In this document: positions 59,146 through 64,000 of the stretch, piece after piece
Layout of the letters: the number at the start of each line of letters is the position of its first letter
Numbering within the stretch: position 1 is the stretch's first letter
Assembly (NCBI GenBank): GCA_009914755.4
Contig: CP068257.2
Span: 42,400,001-42,464,000 of the forward strand
Source: the human T2T-CHM13v2.0 reference genome, Homo sapiens
DNA length: 64,000 nucleotides
Direction of reading: 5' to 3'
Translations under genes and position numbers: made by a program
Notes under the pieces: generated by a model
Seen by the model: only the letters and a program-made list of their open reading frames with translations
The model's database searches: none
What the model was told of the DNA's origin: nothing

Positions 59146-60665
59146 CAACGCCAGGGTGAACACACGCCACTTCCCAGCTAGGAGTGCACTTTATGGGACT
59201 GTGACTGGACTCTTCCGTTCTGGCTCCAGCCAGACCTTCAGTGGTCCTGCCTGGCCGTGGGGACATCAGAGAGTGTCATCACGCAGCTGGCCAGCTGAGT
59301 TCTGTTGTTGTTTTCATGCCGCCTGTGATCTCAGATTCCTGCTTTTCTCACCCCGTCCCCATGCTGGTGTCCGACGCCGCTTACTCAGAGCCCTGGCCTC
59401 CCTCCCCCTACCTCACACGCTGCTCATGAAAGTTTCCACCCACGCTGTCTCCACGGAACAGCCTCCGTCTGCTGGCTCTTCGTGGAAGGCCATTTGTCTT
59501 TCAGGTAGACACTCAGCAGCCCTCACGGTCTTAGTGACGTGTGTGCCTTTCTGGTCACACAGCTGCCCAGTTTCCTGATCGGGGTGGATTTGTGTCCCCT
59601 AAGGGGTAAAACAGCCGTTTACCGCAGATCCTCTCATTGTGCTTTTCTAGAATAACACCCTTCTAGGGGAGGCGGGTGGGGGAGGGAGGGATCATAACCC
59701 CTTCTGTGCCTTGGGATGCCGGAGCTGGGGGACCTGGAGGCCCATCAGCCGGAGCCACGTGAAAGGTACTGAAGAAAGCTGAGACCCGGCTGTGAGGAGC
59801 GCCTCAGCGGTGAGGTGGTTTAGGGATAAATGTTTCTGGAACCCTGTGGTCCCCCATAATGTTGATAGAATATCATATGCACTGGGAGTTAAATATATTT
59901 AATTTAATGATCATTATATATGTGGGGGTTAATATGTTGTTTTTCTGTCCCTTTAAAGTCTTTACATGTAATTGTAGCTGTATAATCGTTATTTTTCTTT
60001 TGCATCTTAAGTCTTAGAAATTAAGATATTCCATCGTGAGGATGAGAGAGGTCCTCAGTGTGTTTTTGGTCTGGTTGTAGGGAAGGACTCAAGTCCTGGA
60101 ATGTCCTCCACTGGTCTACTGAGTTGCAGTCACACTGTTCCAATGGATTATTTGCTTTCGGTTGTAAATTTAATTGTACATATGGTTGATTTATTATTTT
60201 TAAAAATACAGACTAACTGATGTAATGTTTATGTATAAGTTGCACCAAAAATCAAGGACAAAAATAAGTGTGTTTGTTTTTACAGGTGTGAAAGTCACAG
60301 CTTGTAAATAAGTGTTGTATGTATTAAACCTTTTCCAGTTCTCCAAAGCGATGTATTTTTGTACACTTGAAATAGAGTACTCTTAATTTACTGGGCAAAT
60401 GTGCTTGGAATTGAACTTGACAAGATTAGCTCAAGCAGATAGAGTCGGGTCCAGCAGTGGGTGGCCCTCGTGTGAATCCCCGTGGATGTGCAAGTTGTGG
60501 AGAGAAGGAGCACCGGGTTCCTGCCCAGCACTGTGCTTGCGGGAGGCGGTGGGGCATGGGAGGAAGGAGGCACAGACCGGGGAAATATGACAGCCGTCAT
60601 TTCCAGTATTCTCTGTGTTGTCTTTTAGCTCATTCAATAAATAAAGGTGGTGTGATTTTTTTTTC
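59146..60665 (+). other. TRAPPC10: TRAPPC10 3' UTR, minimal extent to the first strong poly(A) signal. It may continue to about 61.9-62.1 kb if distal sites are used.
   Basis: Follows the TGA at 59143-59145. There is no splice acceptor or donor context. AATAAATAAA at 60636-60645 is followed by a GT/T-rich block. Confidence 0.55.
60636..60645 (+). terminator. TRAPPC10: Poly(A) signal AATAAATAAA (two overlapping AATAAA) with a downstream GGTGGTGTGATTTTTTTTT element.
   Basis: Canonical hexamer plus a U/GU-rich downstream element 5-25 nt 3' of it. Other candidate hexamers are AATAAA at 60890-60895, 61484-61489 and 61864-61869, and ATTAAA at 62097-62102. Confidence 0.45.
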
Positions 60666-62302
60666 CTCCTGTCTTTTTCATTTGTAGAAACTGGAGACGT
60701 GTAAAGAAGATAAATAATTGTGTAATTAAACTTTCCAGAAATTTATCTTCCTCATGTGCAGTTTAACAAACTTGGTCAAACTAGTTAGCAAATTAGAACT
60801 TCAGAATCTAATGATAGTTTAGGGTTTCTAAAATAAGGTTTTTTATTGTAAAAATTGACGATTGCCCTGCATTTCTACCAAGTCCTGTGAATAAAGAGAT
60901 GGGAGATTTGATTCCGTCAGAAGAGACTGTAATCCGTGTCGTCAGCCTGGGAGCCTTCCCCAGTGTAATGTAGCTTTCTCTCTTACCTTCTGGAAGAGGG
61001 AATGTTTCATTTATTACTGTTTGATTTTCTTGTATCTGGTTCTACTCCCAGGATGAAATTATCCAACTACATATATATTTAGAGGAAGAAAGTGAAGGGG
61101 AAATTTAAAATGTTTACGGCGCTTAATTGCCTGGAAATGAAATGAAATCAAATTTATCAGTTTTTTTCCCCCTAATTACCCAAAAGATCTTTTGCAAACT
61201 ATGTTACATGAATGCTTCTGCCTCTTTAAGACAAAGAAGAATGTCACCCAAAATTGTCATTTTTTTCTTAATGTTCATCATAAAAGTCCTAAAAGAGTAA
61301 CTGTAATTGGATGTTTATTGTTTTTATCTAAAGTAAGGTGTATGTGTTTGAGACAAGCTGGTTTTGTTGATAAAGAGATGTTAAATAATTGTGAAGCCAG
61401 ATATGCAATGTGTATCTAAAAAGCAAGGAATTTGCAGCCGTTTTACAAATATCTGTGGAACATGTAAATACTGTCAAATGGAAAATAAAATAAGTTATAA
61501 TTTTTGTGAATTTCATGGGATGTCCTATGATTGGAAAAATTATAACTCTTCTGATTCTAATGTGGAAATTGTTGTATTTAATCTGAAAATGACTTTACCT
61601 ACAACAGTTCCATTGTCAGCACAGCCTAGGAGGGTCAGATTCCTGTATTAATTACTCTTAGTGGAGATGCCAGATATCCCATACAGAATTAGCAGAGAAA
61701 ATACACACAGGCTTCTATTCAAATTTTCTTTAGTGCTTAAAATTAAGTTTTAAAATGAAATCAGACACTGCAGGTTTGTATATAAAATGAAAAGCTATAC
61801 TACTTTTTATAAAAGGGCAAACTGGGCTGATGTAAATGTTTTACTTTCAACTGTGTTCTTTAAAATAAATCCTACCTGGTTTTTAAATTTTATTTTTCAT
61901 GAAAATGCTCCTTTCTCTACATTTATTCATCCTATATACATCAGGCTGTAAGACCCCCCCCAGTCATCATTAATACAATGTGTTGGGATTCTGTGACTGG
62001 AAAAGGTGACAAGTTGGTGACTTTGACACTGCAGGTATTCCATTTTCATGGTTTACTATGAAAAGTCATTTTTCATATTATGTAATATATTGTTAGATTA
62101 AAACCATTGTATTAAGACTTTAAAATGTAAGCATTGTAATTCTGAAAATACACATTTTAAGAAGAAACTATTTTGCACTGGATCTTTTGCTGCGACATGG
62201 TGTGACAACAGTATGTAATGTGAAGATTTTATTGTTTTATCTCCCTAGTCCTTGTTCCTGACTCTTGGGCATAGATTATTTGCCTTTTGGGAAACATTCG
62301 GA

Positions 62303-62585
<283 letters not shown>

Positions 62586-62639
62586 CATTCGGGACTTTAT
62601 TCATAATTCCTTACCCAACAGTTCACAAGAACGAAGACA

Positions 62640-63500
62640 TTTGGGTGTGCAGCGCTCTCATGTTGTGGACGCTGCTGTGCCAGGCTGGGCGTCCGTGCGG
62701 AGCGCGCCCAGCGCTGGAGCGCGCCTAAGAGGCGCCCTGCAGTGTGGCTCCGGGGTGTGGGCGGGGCCCGGAGAAGGCCCCGCCTTGGGAGGGGTTGGGC
62801 CTCGCGTTCAAACTCCGCCTCGGGGCGGGGCGAGGGCGACGCAGCTCCTGCCTCCTGGGCCGCTGCGGACGGTGGTGCGCGACCCCGTCCCGGGCGCGCG
62901 CGCTGTGGGCGGTGCACGCCGTCGCTTCCCGGAAGTGCGTGCTGTGGGCGGTGCCGCGCGGACCCCCGGGAAGTGTCTCTGTGGGCGGCCGCCGGGTTGA
63001 GCTGCGGCACACGTGCGACGGCCGTGATGAAGTTCGCTTACCGGGTGAGCGCGGGCGGCGGGCGGTCTGTTGGATCGGCGCGGCTCTTCCGGTGGACGGC
63101 GCCTGAGCTGGCTCCGGGCGGGCTGGGGGCGCGTGGTCTGCTTTTGCGGCGTCTGGCCGCGTGGGGGTCGCCGGCTGTCTGCGCGCCCATGGCCTCGGGG
63201 ACGCGGGGCTGTGGTGGGGCTCCTGGGAGAGCTGGGACGGAGGCGCCGACGGCTTCTCGGAGGGAACAGGGACATTTGTCGGGGTCCCGGGATATTTTTA
63301 ACCTGAGTATGGCCCAACCTAAAGGCTGGAGTTGGTGCAGTCGGGGAGGGCACAGCACCCTCGGGAGGGATGAGGAGGTGGGACGGGGCGGGGACGCGGG
63401 CGCGCGCAGGCGGGGTGAGAACAGCAGGGACCCGGGGCCCGGGACTGGTCCCTAACGAGCGAGCGTCCAGGTGAGCGGAAGGGCGGGGAACCCAGGTGTG
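62640..63500 (+). promoter_or_regulatory. PWP2: CpG island and promoter of PWP2. It contains GC boxes, two ETS-type CCGGAAGT motifs and no TATA box.
   Basis: Very high CpG and G+C content that is not depleted. GGGGCGGGG at 62822-62830. CCGGAAGT at 62929-62936 and CCGGGAAGT at 62966-62974. CTGTGGGCGG occurs three times (62893, 62942, 62979). It lies directly upstream of and across the PWP2 ATG. Confidence 0.75.
63027..63044 (+). CDS. PWP2: PWP2 (periodic tryptophan protein 2 homolog) coding part of exon 1. Peptide MKFAYR, followed by the donor |gtgagc at 63045.
   Basis: ATG in a CpG-island context with G at -3. GT donor immediately after codon 6. MKFAYR matches the PWP2 N-terminus as I recall it. 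PWP2 is the known downstream neighbour of TRAPPC10 on 21q22.3. Confidence 0.65.
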
Positions 63501-64000
63501 AGCTCTGTTTCCCGAGGCCGGAGGGAATTCCTGAGGCGGACGCCCTCAGCTTTGAGAGCCAGGGAAGACTTGTCCCAGATGTGAAGTGCAGGAGGCGGGT
63601 GAGACAGGTAATAAGAGGGGGCCGCGGAGCCGGCCTGGGGGTCTCTGAAGCGTTTGCTACAGCTGGCCGGTTATGGGGACGCCTGTGTTTCCCACAGTGG
63701 CCCTGACCGTTGCGCTTCCAGGGTTGCACGGGCCGCCTGCTGCTGAGCCCACCGTGTACTACACTTGTCCTGTCCGAAACTGGGCATGGTACTGGCCCCT
63801 CAGAGTGCTGCTCCTGTGTCCCCTGTGCTGGTGGAGCCACCGCTGTGTGCCCAGCACCAAACCAGAAACCATATCCACGTCCTCACAGGCCAGGACTTCA
63901 TCCGCTCCACATTCCTACTGCAAGGTGGCAAAAAATGTGCCTTGGAGCCTGCCTGGCCGCTTAAAGTCCTTCTGCTGACCAAGCTCCTCCCTGAGGTCCT

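Noticed and set aside
62597-63455. Several long overlapping ORFs (up to 237 aa) on both strands across the CpG island.
   Set aside because: GC-rich sequence lacks stop codons. The only supported coding segment is the PWP2 ATG at 63027 followed by a donor at 63045.

Overview
This window is human genomic DNA, very probably chromosome 21q22.3. It contains no prokaryotic content, no CRISPR arrays and no novel defence or biosynthetic system. I found nothing that known human annotation would not already explain.

The + strand carries the 3' 80% of TRAPPC10 (TMEM1/EHOC-1, a TRAPP-II complex subunit). I mapped 20 coding exons with canonical AG/GT boundaries that splice in-frame into one 1164-codon reading frame ending at a TGA at 59143-59145. 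This fits residues 96-1259 of the 1259-aa protein. The exons upstream are outside the window, and bases 1-7893 are intron. A long 3' UTR follows with several poly(A) signals. About 3.9 kb downstream of the stop codon lies a CpG island containing exon 1 of the neighbouring gene PWP2 (ATG at 63027, peptide MKFAYR, donor GT at 63045).

The introns are dense with primate Alu SINEs: about 42 copies, roughly 30 of them antisense to the gene, many with recognisable target-site duplications. They also hold three dinucleotide microsatellites, a mariner-family DNA-transposon fossil with an Alu nested inside it, and MIR-like fragments.

The most notable non-annotated structures are three intronic minisatellites. 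One has a 48-bp unit in about 12 copies, one a 39-bp unit (alternating variants give a 78-bp higher-order repeat) in 10 copies, and one a 66-bp unit in 2 copies plus a partial third. Several closely spaced inverted Alu pairs occur, including one flanking exon 19. A G-quadruplex motif sits in the TRAPPC10 3' UTR. The PWP2 core promoter carries a duplicated composite GC-box/ETS element.

Coordinates were read by eye from the printed sequence and may be off by 1-2 nt.
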